64,000 nt of DNA, taken from assembly GCA_017523285.1 (NCBI GenBank), contig JAFWWU010000089.1:3962-67961 (forward strand). Reading direction: 5' to 3'. Positions 47,426 through 56,403 of this stretch are shown here, one piece after another (within the stretch, counting starts at the first letter, position 1; every line of letters begins with the position of its first letter). This stretch comes from Ruminococcus sp. (GTDB lineage Bacteria > Bacillota > Clostridia > Oscillospirales > Ruminococcaceae). The position numbers and the translations under genes are program-made. The notes under the pieces were generated by a model. It did no database searches. It was not told the origin of the DNA and saw only the letters and a list, made by a program, of their open reading frames with translations.

Positions 47426-48526
47426 ATGCTGACAAAAGTAAAAAATATTATTACAGTAGTTCTTATTTCAGGCTTTATTCTTACTTTCCTTATTGTATTT
47501 CTTGTAACTGACGCTAAAGAAAGCTCAATAAGTGAGCGAAGAAAGCTTGCACAGTTTCCGAAGCTTAACAAAGAAACCGTTCTCAATACTGAATTTATGT
47601 CAGAGTTTGAAAGCTACACACTTGATCAGTTTCCACTCAGAGATAGATTCCGTACACTTAAAGCAACTGTCCTTTATAATGTAATGCAGATGAAGGATAA
47701 CAATGATATTTATGTAGTAGATGGCTATGCTTCAAAGCTTGATTATCCGCTTAATGTTGATTCACTTGATTATGCTTCAAGAAGAATAGGCTATGTTTAC
47801 GATAAGTATTTAAAGGATACGGAAGCAAAGGTTTATATGTCAATTATTCCCGACAAGAATTATTTTCTTGCAGAGAAAAACGGATATCCCGCACTTGATT
47901 ACAACAAGCTTGTAGAGGTAATGCAGGAAAAGAATCAGTATGCTTCATATATTGATATATTCCCGACTCTTGAATTAAAAGACTACTACAAAACAGATAC
48001 CCATTGGCGACAGGAGAGAATTAATCTTACTGCGGCAAAGCTTGCAGAGGGTATGAATATAAAATTCGTACCTAATCGTGCAATGATAGAAGTAAGTGAG
48101 CCTTTTTATGGAGTATATTACGGACAAGCCGCACTTCCTATGGAGCCTGAAAAACTCTATTATGTAGAAAGCAGTTCATTTGCTGATTGTAAAGTGTTCG
48201 ATTATGAAACAAATAGTGAAATGTCTGTATACGATATGGAAAAGCTTAAATCACCTGATTTATATGAAATCTATTTATCAGGTTCAAAATCGCTTATTAC
48301 TATCGAAAATCCTTTTGCTGTAACAGACAGAGAGCTTATAATTTTCCGAGATTCATTCGGAAGCAGTATTGCACCGTATTTCATTGACAGTTACAGCAAA
48401 ATAACAATCATTGATATAAGATATATTCACCCCGACGTACTCGGAAATTTTGTGAAGTTCAATAATCAGGATGTGCTGTTCCTTTACAGTACTCTCGTAC
48501 TCAATAATAGTGTAACATTTAAATAA
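47426..48526 (+). CDS. DHHW-family protein (AlgX/AlgJ/SGNH-like partner of MBOAT)
   Basis: N-terminal TM anchor, YYKTDTHWRQE (DxHW motif) and FRDSFGS. Confidence 0.8.
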   Translation: MLTKVKNIITVVLISGFILTFLIVFLVTDAKESSISERRKLAQFPKLNKETVLNTEFMSEFESYTLDQFPLRDRFRTLKATVLYNVMQMKDNNDIYVVDGYASKLDYPLNVDSLDYASRRIGYVYDKYLKDTEAKVYMSIIPDKNYFLAEKNGYPALDYNKLVEVMQEKNQYASYIDIFPTLELKDYYKTDTHWRQERINLTAAKLAEGMNIKFVPNRAMIEVSEPFYGVYYGQAALPMEPEKLYYVESSSFADCKVFDYETNSEMSVYDMEKLKSPDLYEIYLSGSKSLITIENPFAVTDRELIIFRDSFGSSIAPYFIDSYSKITIIDIRYIHPDVLGNFVKFNNQDVLFLYSTLVLNNSVTFK

Positions 48527-48536
48527 TAAAAGAATA

Positions 48537-48573
48537 CAAAAAAGCTATCGGATTTGAAACCGATAGCTTTTTG
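48537..48573. terminator. bidirectional intrinsic terminator
   Basis: AAAGCTATCGG ... CCGATAGCTTT stem with flanking A and T runs. Confidence 0.85.
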
Positions 48574-48585
48574 TTATAGCATATA

Positions 48586-49401
48586 TTAATGACCGATAAA
48601 TGCCTGCTGATCATTTACATTATAAATGCAGGTATATGGTAGAATTTCAGGGATAGTTTCATCATTCCATCCAAGAGGCATACGAATCCAGCTCATCATA
48701 TCTTCGGGTACATCTTTTGTAGCTATACCGCTAAAGTAAACATGATATGTGCAATTAGCGTCAACTCCGTAAGAGTCGGTATATTCTACTCTGCTAATGC
48801 CTTCTAAGAATTCCTCATCGAAAACAGTATCATTGAGAATTTCAACATTATCGAATTTAACCTCGTATACATAATCATTGATTTTCTTGACAAGATTTAA
48901 TTTTCCTTTGAAATTGCAGTAATAGTATATTACATTAGCATCGTCAGGGGTTTCGTTGTTTTCAAGATCGTATTCAGTATCGTGGTATTCGCCCTCAAAT
49001 AATCCGGAACTTCCGTCAAATCTGAGATTTGTTTCCCAACCGCCTACACCGCTTGCAAATGAGAAATTCATTGGCAGCAATTCAAAGAATTCATCTTCTG
49101 AAAGAGTTTTGCTCTCGATTTTTTCAGCAGGAATTTCTGTTGGTTCTTCTGTAATAGCTTCTGTCGGAGCTTCTGTTGTGATTTCTTCAATATCGTTAAC
49201 AGAGCTTTCATCTATCTTACTGTCTGCTTTATCTGTTTTGTTTTCTTTATTTTCAGCAGCAGTAGTTTCAGCAATGCTTGATGAATCAGAAATTGAGCTT
49301 GATGCAGGCTTTTCTTTTTTGTTTACATTTTTTTCGCATGCAGTAACAGAAACAAAACAAGCTAAAGCAGATATAAAAGCAATTATTTTTTTACTTTTCA
49401 T
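48586..49401 (-). CDS. hypothetical lipoprotein
   Basis: Lipobox VSVTAC and a Ser/Thr/Glu-rich linker. No family recognised. Confidence 0.55.
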   Translation of the reverse strand: MKSKKIIAFISALACFVSVTACEKNVNKKEKPASSSISDSSSIAETTAAENKENKTDKADSKIDESSVNDIEEITTEAPTEAITEEPTEIPAEKIESKTLSEDEFFELLPMNFSFASGVGGWETNLRFDGSSGLFEGEYHDTEYDLENNETPDDANVIYYYCNFKGKLNLVKKINDYVYEVKFDNVEILNDTVFDEEFLEGISRVEYTDSYGVDANCTYHVYFSGIATKDVPEDMMSWIRMPLGWNDETIPEILPYTCIYNVNDQQAFIGH

Positions 49402-49417
49402 ATATGTTTACCCCCTT

Positions 49418-49445
49418 AAAAAGCAGCAGAAATCTGCTGCTTTTT
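49418..49445 (-). terminator. intrinsic terminator after the acidic-tail gene
   Basis: AAAAAGCAGCAG ... CTGCTGCTTTTT. Confidence 0.8.
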
Positions 49446-49454
49446 AATTATAAA

Positions 49455-51344
49455 TTATTCAAATGTAAGTTCGCTGTCTGAGAAGTCAAAGTCTTCGCTG
49501 AATTCAAAATCTTCTGTATCGAAATCATATTCGAAGTCGTAATCCTCGTCACTCCAGTCGAAGTCTTCGTCGTCCCAATCATAGTCAGAATCGAAGTCTT
49601 CATCATCCCAGTCGTAATCGTAGTCGTATTCATCATCCCAGTTATAGTCGTCGTCGTAATAATCATCATATGAGCCGAGATCATCAAGTGAGCCTGCAAG
49701 TTCATCTGCAATGAGATCACAGTATTCTTCACTTAAACCGATTTTCTTTAAAACATCAACAACAAATTCAGAAAGCTTTTCTTCTGTAATGTATTCTGAA
49801 AGGTCAGGTGTATCGTTTACATCAATCATAAATGCGTCATCTGTATCAGGAATATCAAGCTTCTTAGCGTCATTTACTGAGTATTCGAGTTCGATTGTGC
49901 CGAAGTCTGTGCCGTCAAAATTAATGTCATAGCCAATTTTCTGTGATTTTCCGTCTGAACTGAGTTTTACAGTAATAGGATCTATATCAGGAACAACAAG
50001 TGTAATATCACCGCTTAAATAGCTTTTTTCCTTGTTTTCAACCTTGAATTTATCAAATTCTACTGCAACTGTATTATCTTCATCATCTTCTACAACAACT
50101 TCAATTTCGCCTGTGTAAGCGTCATTCTTATCAACAGTAGCGTCAAGAGTTGCATTGAAGATTTCTTCTTCGTCAACTGTAAGTGAAGCAATACCGCAAA
50201 CCTTATCCTTTTCCTTACCGATAATGAATTCGCCGTTTACTTCTGTACCGTCATTGTCCATATCAATCTTATAGCCACGTACTGTGCCCTTAGCGTCAAC
50301 GTAAGTGATCATTTCACCCTTGATATCCATTTCCTTGAATGAATCCTTATATTCCTTGATAGACTCAACAGCCGTATCCATTGTTTCTTCGTATTCATCT
50401 TCGTCAACGAGTTCAAGTCTGTCGCAAACTATCTTCTTGATTGTCTTATCCTTAGAAACTTCCTTTACATAGTTGCTGCATACATCATAGAGGAAGCCGC
50501 CGTCGATTTCAACTGTAAGAGTTGTATATTCTGTTTTGATATCGCCGATTTTAACTTCTTCCTTCTTTTCAAGTTCAACTTCTTCAACAGACTTGAACCA
50601 GATATCAGTATACTTAGTCATCATTTCTTCAAGTTCTTTAGCTGAAACGATTGATTCAAGATCCTTGGATTTTTCAATAATTGTGTTGTAAATTTCCATT
50701 TCTTCTGAATCCATTTCAGTTTCAAGAGCTTCTGATAAATCCATACCTATGAACTGCTCATTGAGTTCAGGAATGCGGTAGAACATCTGCATAGGATCCA
50801 TGCATGAAACTGTTTCGAAAGAAACGAGCTTTTCATCGTTCCAATTGAGGAAAACATTTGCAAGAGCATTGTTTCCGTCTGAAGATGAGCTTGCACCGAT
50901 AGCGATTGTCTTAACGTTATTGATAACATCGATAATAACGTCAGCATCTTCCATTGAAGAGTCAATACCCATCTCATCAATGAGCATTTCCTTAGCGTCA
51001 TCGCTTACCTTATAAGTAAGAGTATAATCAGCAGCCATATTCTTCTTTGACTTGCCTGCAAGGCTGTCAGCGAGCTGCTTGTATGTTTCAGAAGTTTTCT
51101 TAGCTATTTCCTTAGAAGTATCTTCGTGAACCCATGTGTAATATTCAGCAGGTGAGAGGGTAGCAAGCTTAACCTGATTCTTAACGAAATCAGAAGTATT
51201 GTAAGCGATAGCACCGCCGCCTGCACCGAGAGCAACAACACCAGCAGTTACGCCTGCGATAATTGGTGCTTTCTTTCTTTTAGTAACTGTTTCAACACCT
51301 GAAACGAAATCGCCGTTAGGTGTGTATCCATTCATTTCTGACAT
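49455..51344 (-). CDS. membrane-anchored protein with a 76-aa Asp/Glu + Tyr/Trp/Phe C-terminal tail
   Basis: Single TM helix (APIIAGVTAGVVALGAGGGAIA), a large domain, then DDLGSYDDYYDDDYNWDDEYDYDYDWDDEDFDSDYDWDDEDFDWSDEDYDFEYDFDTEDFEFSEDFDFSDSELTFE. Confidence 0.65.
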   Translation of the reverse strand: MSEMNGYTPNGDFVSGVETVTKRKKAPIIAGVTAGVVALGAGGGAIAYNTSDFVKNQVKLATLSPAEYYTWVHEDTSKEIAKKTSETYKQLADSLAGKSKKNMAADYTLTYKVSDDAKEMLIDEMGIDSSMEDADVIIDVINNVKTIAIGASSSSDGNNALANVFLNWNDEKLVSFETVSCMDPMQMFYRIPELNEQFIGMDLSEALETEMDSEEMEIYNTIIEKSKDLESIVSAKELEEMMTKYTDIWFKSVEEVELEKKEEVKIGDIKTEYTTLTVEIDGGFLYDVCSNYVKEVSKDKTIKKIVCDRLELVDEDEYEETMDTAVESIKEYKDSFKEMDIKGEMITYVDAKGTVRGYKIDMDNDGTEVNGEFIIGKEKDKVCGIASLTVDEEEIFNATLDATVDKNDAYTGEIEVVVEDDEDNTVAVEFDKFKVENKEKSYLSGDITLVVPDIDPITVKLSSDGKSQKIGYDINFDGTDFGTIELEYSVNDAKKLDIPDTDDAFMIDVNDTPDLSEYITEEKLSEFVVDVLKKIGLSEEYCDLIADELAGSLDDLGSYDDYYDDDYNWDDEYDYDYDWDDEDFDSDYDWDDEDFDWSDEDYDFEYDFDTEDFEFSEDFDFSDSELTFE

Positions 51345-51645
51345 AATAAAATCCTCCTAATAATATTTAATGTGAAATAAAATGTATATGAAACCGTCAA
51401 AATCCGACGGAATCTAACAAAAAATAATACTTTTAATTATAATATCACAGTTTTTTTTGCAATGTCAATTAAAATACAGCTTTTTAAATATTTGTATATA
51501 TTTTGTAATCCTTTTGAAAAAGTTTTTGAATAATTTTTAATAAAAGAATAATAATATAGTTATGTTCCGACGGTTCAGATATGTTCCGCAGAGCAAAACA
51601 GGAAATTTTCAATTTACTGATTACTATGAAAAAGGAGTAAAGAAA

Positions 51646-51828
51646 ATGGAAAACAAGAATAAGAATTCAAGCATCAAGTGTTCTGTAAGCCAGTGCCAGC
51701 ATAATATGGTAACTGAAAACTACTGCAGTTTAAACTGCATTTCAGTAGGAACTCACGAGGCAAATCCTACAGTTCCTGAATGTACAGACTGCAACTCATT
51801 TGTAAAGAGAACAGGCTGCTGCGGCTGA
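51646..51828 (+). CDS. DUF1540-domain Cys-rich small protein
   Basis: IKCSVSQCQHN...YCSLNCISVG...CTDCNSF matches the DUF1540 pattern. ATG 51646 follows SD AAGGAG. Confidence 0.7.
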   Translation: MENKNKNSSIKCSVSQCQHNMVTENYCSLNCISVGTHEANPTVPECTDCNSFVKRTGCCG

Positions 51829-51964
51829 TAGCTTCCCCCGACAGAAGTCGGGTACATAAATGTTTTGTCGGAAATTTTAAAAAAATCTAAAAATATACTT
51901 GAAAAACAGAATGAAATAGTATATAATTAATATATAATCTATTCTCTAAGGGAGGCTGTATAAT

Positions 51965-52210
51965 ATGCTTGATAAGACAATGACATTTTCTGTGAACGAA
52001 GATAAGGAAGCTGAACTTAAAAAGAACCTTACTTTAGTATATGATGCTCTTACACAAAAGGGCTATAATCCTATCAATCAGATAGTAGGATATATTCTGT
52101 CGGAAGACCCGACTTACATAACAACCTTTAATAATGCAAGAAGCATTATCCGTCACATTGATCGTGATGAGCTTCTTCAGGTTCTTGTACGCTCATACCT
52201 TAACCAGTAA
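51965..52210 (+). CDS. ireB: IreB-family regulatory phosphoprotein (UPF0297)
   Basis: 81 aa with TMTFSV, VYDALTQKGYNPINQIVGYILSEDPTYIT and ARSIIRHIDRDELLQ. Confidence 0.85.
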   Translation: MLDKTMTFSVNEDKEAELKKNLTLVYDALTQKGYNPINQIVGYILSEDPTYITTFNNARSIIRHIDRDELLQVLVRSYLNQ

Positions 52211-52285
52211 AATGTGTTGAAATTTACAATATTTTCGTTTATGCATCCGCACAAGGATGATATCTGAATAAATATTGATTTCATT

Positions 52286-52313
52286 GACGGCAGTTAATTC
52301 TGCCGTCTTTTTA
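52286..52313 (+). terminator. intrinsic terminator
   Basis: GACGGCAG ttaatt CTGCCGTC followed by T5. Confidence 0.85.
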
Positions 52314-52314
52314 A

Positions 52315-52551
52315 TTATCCGAACAGCACTATTATAATAGCGTCTATAATTGCGTCAGCAATACTTCTTCCTGTAGTATACTGAAACAGCTTGATTATAC
52401 TTGTGATAATGCACCATACGGAAATCATACAAAGCAAACAGCCGATAATTCCGTTCGGAGCCTGAAAAATAAAGACAAACAGAACAAAATACAGTAAAGA
52501 AACGATAAACATCAATGTATAGAGAATAATTCTTTTTGTATTATTTTTCAT
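52315..52551 (-). CDS. hypothetical small membrane protein
   Basis: 78 aa with 2-3 TM helices. Confidence 0.45.
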   Translation of the reverse strand: MKNNTKRIILYTLMFIVSLLYFVLFVFIFQAPNGIIGCLLCMISVWCIITSIIKLFQYTTGRSIADAIIDAIIIVLFG

Positions 52552-52646
52552 AAAATATCACCTCATTTTTACTGTAATAATCAGAACTCATTATCATATA
52601 CTACATTTGCGGCAGAAACCGCAGGAAAAGATAAGGAAAAAGAATA

Positions 52647-53387
52647 ATGAAAAAGATTGCCTTGACTTTAGCAATGACAGCAGCAATAATGCTGTCGGGA
52701 AATATTCCAGTTTCAGCGGCAGATACCGCTAAAATCGGTTACGGTCAGGGTGTGTCGGCAGATGAGAAAAATCGTCCGACTGATGCGGTTCAATTCAATT
52801 CAAGGTACAGCGGAATTGATGCCTACGCTTTAACCGAAGATGAAAACCGTATTATTCTGACCTTTGACCAGGGATATGAAAACGGATATACAAGTAAAAT
52901 ACTTGATACGCTTAAAGAAAAGAACGTAACAGCGATATTCTTTCTAACAGGCGATTACGCCAAAAAGGAGAAAGAACTTGTAAACCGAATGATAAGCGAG
53001 GGACATATTCTCGGAAATCATGGAATGAAGCATGCAAGCCTTCCGACGCTGAGTGACAGCGAAGCGGAAGAGGAAATAATGTCGCTTCATCAGTATATGA
53101 TAGATGAATATGATTATGAAATGCAGTATTTCAGATGCCCTTGCGGTGAATATTCGGAAAAATCGCTTGAAAAGCTTCATGAGCTTGGTTACAAAACTCT
53201 TTTCTGGAGCTATGCTTACGTCGATTGGAAAACAGACGCTCAGCCTACAGCCGAAGAAGGCTATGAAAAGCTTACGAAGTCTGCTCACGGAGGAGAAATC
53301 CTCCTTCTCCATTCAGTATCGTCAACAAATGCTCAGATACTCGGAGATGTAATCGACAGTTTCAGAAATCAGGGTTATAAAGTATAA
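52647..53387 (+). CDS. pdaA: delta-lactam-biosynthetic de-N-acetylase (spore cortex polysaccharide deacetylase PdaA-like)
   Basis: Close match by eye to B. subtilis PdaA: LTFDQGYENGYTSKILDTLKEKNV.AIFF.TG, MISEGHILGNH, LFWSYAYVDWK, LLLHSVS. Confidence 0.78.
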   Translation: MKKIALTLAMTAAIMLSGNIPVSAADTAKIGYGQGVSADEKNRPTDAVQFNSRYSGIDAYALTEDENRIILTFDQGYENGYTSKILDTLKEKNVTAIFFLTGDYAKKEKELVNRMISEGHILGNHGMKHASLPTLSDSEAEEEIMSLHQYMIDEYDYEMQYFRCPCGEYSEKSLEKLHELGYKTLFWSYAYVDWKTDAQPTAEEGYEKLTKSAHGGEILLLHSVSSTNAQILGDVIDSFRNQGYKV

Positions 53388-53414
53388 GCTGTGATCTGAT
53401 TTGCAGAGGATTTT

Positions 53415-53855
53415 TTAAATTCTCTGCAAATTTTTTTCTGCCTCGGTGAAATATCGTATTCTTTCGATATTTTCAGCAACAATCGGACGTATATTATCAC
53501 ATATATTTTCAAGAAGCTTGTCCACCAGTACCCATTTATAATCAATGTGTTCGTTGCTGAGTATGATTGAATCGGTAGGCGAGGTGCAGAAATAAGAAAT
53601 AATTACAAGCTGTCTGGATTCATCAGGGAAATATGTACCGATATAAGCTGTATCATAAACTCTTACATCGAGCCCTGTTTCTTCGCTTATTTCACGTTTG
53701 AGTGCATTTTCGGGAGTTTCACCGAATTCTACCTTGCCGCCGGGAAATTCCCAGTCGCCGGGACCGCTTATATCATCAAGTGAGCGTTTTACGAGAAGAA
53801 TTCTCCCCCTGTGAACGACTATTCCCTTAGCGGCAGGAACAAATCTTTTTTCCAT
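53415..53855 (-). CDS. NUDIX hydrolase
   Basis: Nudix box GGKVEFGETPENALKREISEETG. Confidence 0.85.
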   Translation of the reverse strand: MEKRFVPAAKGIVVHRGRILLVKRSLDDISGPGDWEFPGGKVEFGETPENALKREISEETGLDVRVYDTAYIGTYFPDESRQLVIISYFCTSPTDSIILSNEHIDYKWVLVDKLLENICDNIRPIVAENIERIRYFTEAEKNLQRI

Positions 53856-53866
53856 AGCGATTTACC

Positions 53867-54751
53867 TTAGTTAGAAGCAGTATCGTCAAGGCCAACGTCA
53901 ATGAGTAAATCGGAATCGCCTGTAACCTTAGGCAATGTACCATTCCACTTCTGAATTTTCTCATACTGGAGTACGATAGAAGAGAGCGAATCCTGTAAAA
54001 GCTTGTTAGCGTCAGCCTGAGCCTGAGCCTTTGTCTTTATAGCGTCAGCCTCTGCATTTGCGGCGATAATTTTCTTTTCAGCCTCAGCGTTTGCAATAAC
54101 GATAGCCTGTTCCTGTTCTGTTTTTGTCTTGATGAGGTTTTGTTCAGCAACCTGCTTGGCTTCGATAGCTTCATTGAATTCCTGTGAGAAATCAAAGTTT
54201 ACGATATTGAATTTTTCAATATAGATACCATATTCATTAAGCTTTGCATCAAGAATTGATTTGATTTCATCACCGACAGCCGCACGCTTTGTAATAAGCT
54301 CCTCAGCTGTATATTTAGCAGTAGCTGATTTCATACCTTCCTGAACGATTGGCATAATAAGAACAGTTTTATAATCAGTACCTACATTCTTGTAAATCTC
54401 TGCACTTGCTTCATTGCTGATTTTATAGTTTACGGAAATAACGCTGCTGATTGACTGGAGGTCCTTTGAAACAGCAGAAGAGCTTGTTTCGTAAACCTGA
54501 ATTTTATTAGACATGGTTTCTACATTCTGTACGAAAGGTGCTTTAAGATGAAAGCCCTCCTGAAGAACATTATCCGAAACCTTACCGAGAGTCATAACAA
54601 CACCTGAATGACCTGCTGGAATAATTGTAAATGAATTAAGAGCGATGAAAAGTGCGGCAACACCAGCAACAGCGAATTTTATCATTGTTCCCGGCTTCTT
54701 ACCAAAGCTTCCATCGTTGTTCATACGTTCAAATTTGACTTCTTGTGCCAT
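53867..54751 (-). CDS. SPFH/band-7 (prohibitin-like) family protein
   Basis: N-terminal TM helix, SPFH core and an Ala/Glu/Gln-rich coiled-coil tail. Confidence 0.8.
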   Translation of the reverse strand: MAQEVKFERMNNDGSFGKKPGTMIKFAVAGVAALFIALNSFTIIPAGHSGVVMTLGKVSDNVLQEGFHLKAPFVQNVETMSNKIQVYETSSSAVSKDLQSISSVISVNYKISNEASAEIYKNVGTDYKTVLIMPIVQEGMKSATAKYTAEELITKRAAVGDEIKSILDAKLNEYGIYIEKFNIVNFDFSQEFNEAIEAKQVAEQNLIKTKTEQEQAIVIANAEAEKKIIAANAEADAIKTKAQAQADANKLLQDSLSSIVLQYEKIQKWNGTLPKVTGDSDLLIDVGLDDTASN

Positions 54752-54793
54752 AAATAATTCTCCTTATAAATGATTGTCAGTTTGTAGTGTCTG

Positions 54794-55363
54794 TTATTCA
54801 GCTTCAAAAAGAGCTGCAAGCTTTGCTTCCATACAATTCTTGATAAAACCGCTTCTGTAAGCAAGTACCATAACCATAAGAGCTTTTTTTAGCTTATCCT
54901 CATGTGAAATGATTGTCTTTGCAAACTGAGCGACACATTCATCTATAATAGATGAAAGCTGTTTGTCTGAATAGGCATCGTTTTCGTCTGCGAGGAAAAT
55001 GATTTTGCATAAAAGATTGTAAAGTGCGATATCAGGGATAATATCATCCGAAGTATCCTCAACGTCACCGTTTATGTAAATCATAATATTGGCAATATCC
55101 TCAAGCTTCATTACACCACGCATCATATTGATTAATAGTATTCGTGTAACCTGCTTATCGAAATACTTTTTGCCTTTTGTTGAAGAAACCCAGCCACGTT
55201 TTATCCAGTTCTGAATTGTAGAGGCTTCAAGTCCTGTGATTTTTGATAATTGAGAAAGAGAAATACCGCCTGTTGCTTCTATAATAGGTGATATGACAGA
55301 ATATGCAGCATCTTTAGCCTGTTCTGTATATGTAATAGAAGTACCCGGAATTTTCTTTTCCAT
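54794..55363 (-). CDS. DUF1836 domain protein
   Basis: ISLSQLSKITGLEASTIQNWIKRGWV is the HTH-like segment characteristic of DUF1836. Confidence 0.65.
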   Translation of the reverse strand: MEKKIPGTSITYTEQAKDAAYSVISPIIEATGGISLSQLSKITGLEASTIQNWIKRGWVSSTKGKKYFDKQVTRILLINMMRGVMKLEDIANIMIYINGDVEDTSDDIIPDIALYNLLCKIIFLADENDAYSDKQLSSIIDECVAQFAKTIISHEDKLKKALMVMVLAYRSGFIKNCMEAKLAALFEAE

Positions 55364-55560
55364 GTCACCAGCTCCTTTCTGACTATGTTATGATTATATC
55401 ACAAGTTCATATGAACTTCAAATGTCGCTTCGTGACATTTTATGGTGTTTCGGGGACTTTCTAAGGAGTTTTTTGAAAATATCTCTTTAAATCTCATTAT
55501 TTTAATGTTTTTCACATTATTTCATTATTTATTATATTTTTAATCAGGATTAAGTAATGA

Positions 55561-55590
55561 AAACAAACAGGCGGACATTATATCCGCCTG
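55561..55590 (-). terminator. intrinsic terminator after the amidase gene
   Basis: CAGGCGGA ... TCCGCCTG stem with a U-rich run on the minus strand. Confidence 0.7.
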
Positions 55591-55596
55591 TATAAA

Positions 55597-56334
55597 TTAT
55601 AATGCAACAAAATCAGAGCTTGCATATCCGTATTTGCCATTATAGCTTACAACATACCAGTCATTGTATCTGCCATATACGTTTACAACAGCACCATTCG
55701 GGATAACACCTATAATTTTTCCAGCCATAGACGGAAATGCTCTAAGATTGAGATTAGAGCCGTCTGTAATAACAGTTCCCATTTTAACTGCGGTAGGCTC
55801 AATAAATGGAATACCGAAATAATCACATAGCGACTGAACGAGATTTTTTGCGATAGGATTGACATTTTCACGAATCCAGCGTTCATCATATATATTATCA
55901 TGATATCCAAGCTCGCAGAGAACAGAAACAGCATTTGTGCGTGTAACCTCTCCAAGACTTGTTGTGGGTAATGCTCTTGATTTATCGGGCAGAGGATAAA
56001 TATTCATCATATTATTTGCAATAATAGTTGCAAGAGCCTCGCTGTATTTATTATAAGGATAATAATAAATATCAACACCTCTCAGCTTACCTGCAAGATT
56101 TTCGGGAGAAGCATTTGAGTGTAACGCAAGATGTACATCATACATTCCTGAATTTGAATCAGATATAGCACCCGTAACATTTCTCGAAGGGTCGTTTCTG
56201 TCAAATTGAATACCGCTTGAACGCAGATATGGCTCCATTCTGTCAGCAATAAGATTCATATAAAGTTCTTCATTTCCCTGTGTAACGTAAGAATTCCATT
56301 CCTGAGTGGATGGACTTAAAAATACCTTAGGCAT
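55597..56334 (-). CDS. N-acetylmuramoyl-L-alanine amidase (Amidase_3) with C-terminal SH3b domain
   Basis: VFLSPSTQ, HLALHSNA and ELGYHDN fit the Amidase_3 zinc-site pattern. The tail NLRAFPS..GKIIG..NG..V.V....DWYVV.YNGKYGYASSDFV is SH3b-like. Confidence 0.75.
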   Translation of the reverse strand: MPKVFLSPSTQEWNSYVTQGNEELYMNLIADRMEPYLRSSGIQFDRNDPSRNVTGAISDSNSGMYDVHLALHSNASPENLAGKLRGVDIYYYPYNKYSEALATIIANNMMNIYPLPDKSRALPTTSLGEVTRTNAVSVLCELGYHDNIYDERWIRENVNPIAKNLVQSLCDYFGIPFIEPTAVKMGTVITDGSNLNLRAFPSMAGKIIGVIPNGAVVNVYGRYNDWYVVSYNGKYGYASSDFVAL

Positions 56335-56403
56335 ACAATCTTCCTTTCGTATAATGAGTTGATAGTTTTATATTAATATTGTATGCCTGAGGATAAAAAA
56401 GCT

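Noticed and set aside
48956-49447. A 163-aa Ser-rich ORF on the plus strand.
   Set aside because: It is antisense to the lipoprotein gene at 48586-49401 and runs through the terminator. The low-complexity composition is a shadow artefact.
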